A stretch of 63,584 bases of DNA, counting the filler, from Phoronis australis (taxonomy: Eukaryota; Animalia; Phoronida), in the NCBI GenBank assembly GCA_002633005.1. It is 8 parts of 8 records of this genome, joined end to end, with 100 filler letters (N's around TTAATTAATTAA, not from the genome) between each part and the next. Parts side by side here need not be neighbours in the genome. Positions count along the whole stretch, not along the records: positions 61,442 to 63,584 come from NMRA01002298.1; 7 more parts are not named here. One strand, given 5' to 3'. Positions 62,820-63,584 of this stretch are shown here, one piece after another. A program made the position numbers and the translations under genes. The notes beneath the pieces were generated by a model, which was not told where the DNA came from, did not search any database, and saw nothing but the letters and a program-made list of their open reading frames with translations. Within the stretch, counting starts at the first letter, position 1; each line of letters begins with the position of its first letter.

Positions 62820-63584
62820 CTATCACTCACACTCAGATACATAGAGAGGACAGTCACTCACACTCAGATACATATAGTGAGTACACTCACTCACACTCAG
62901 ATACATAGAGAGGACAGTCACTCACACTCAGATACATATAGTGAGTACACTCACTCATACTCAGATACATAGAGAGGACAGTCACTCATACTCAGATACA
63001 TATAGTGAGTACAGTCACTCATACTCAGATACATATAGTGAGTACAGTCACTCATACTCAGATACATATAGTGAGTACAGTCACTCACACTCAGAAACAT
63101 ATAGTGAGTACAGTCACTCATACTCAGATACATATAATGAGTACACTCACTCATACTCAGATACATAGAGAGGACAGTCACTCACACTCAGATACATATA
63201 GTGAGTACAGTCACTCATACTCAGATAAATATAGTGAGTACACTCACTCATACTCAGATACATACAGAGGACAGTCACTCACACTCAGATACATAGAGAG
63301 GACAGTCACTCACACTCAGATACATATAGTGAGTGCAGTCACTCATACTCAGATAAATATAGTGAGTACACTCACTCATACTCAGATACATAGAGAGGAC
63401 AGTCACTCATACTCAGATAAATATAGTGAGTACAGTCACTCATACTCAGATACATATAGTGAGTACGCTCACTCATACTCAGATACATAGAGAGGACAGT
63501 CACTCATACTCAGATACATATAGTGAGTAGTCACTCATACTCAGATAAATATAGTGAGTACAGTCACTCATACTCAGATACATA
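62820..63584. repeat. Minisatellite of interspersed 33-bp and 31-bp units
   Basis: cagtcactcatactcagatacatatagtgagta and cagtcactcacactcagatacatagagagga. Confidence 0.95.

Noticed and set aside
62820-63584. His/Ser/Tyr-rich ORFs
   Set aside because: Minisatellite translations with no splice or start evidence.

Overview
AT-rich, repeat-dense eukaryotic DNA, most likely from an invertebrate animal (GT-AG introns, metazoan genes and transposon families). No prokaryotic operon or CRISPR array is present. Seven ~100-bp N-TTAATTAATTAA-N pads split the window into eight segments, and these may not be true neighbours. Host-type genes read by hand: a mostly single-exon N-formylglutamate-amidohydrolase-like gene (-), three exons of a C2H2-finger gene (+), the 5' exons of a probably pseudogenised ACADL (-), four exons of an EndoU gene with two somatomedin-B domains and an in-frame TAA (+), and three exons of CENP-C including the CENP-C motif (-). 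Mobile elements: an RTE LINE fragment boxed between ~315-bp inverted repeats, a duplicated MULE-type transposase with an N-terminal GATA-like finger, a Penelope GIY-YIG 3' end, a gypsy gag with its LTR, an internally deleted Gmr1-type LTR element with TSD, a Kolobok element (THAP plus P2X7-like partner), Academ, a hAT-like element, a CR1/L2 fragment inside a LINE ORF1, HINE-like elements, several MITEs, and 10-, 52- and 31/33-bp satellites. I cannot demonstrate a new biological system. The best leads are the GATA-finger MULE, the foldback-boxed LINE fragment, the inverted hammerhead-like element and the stop-split EndoU. All identifications come from motif recognition; no search was run.
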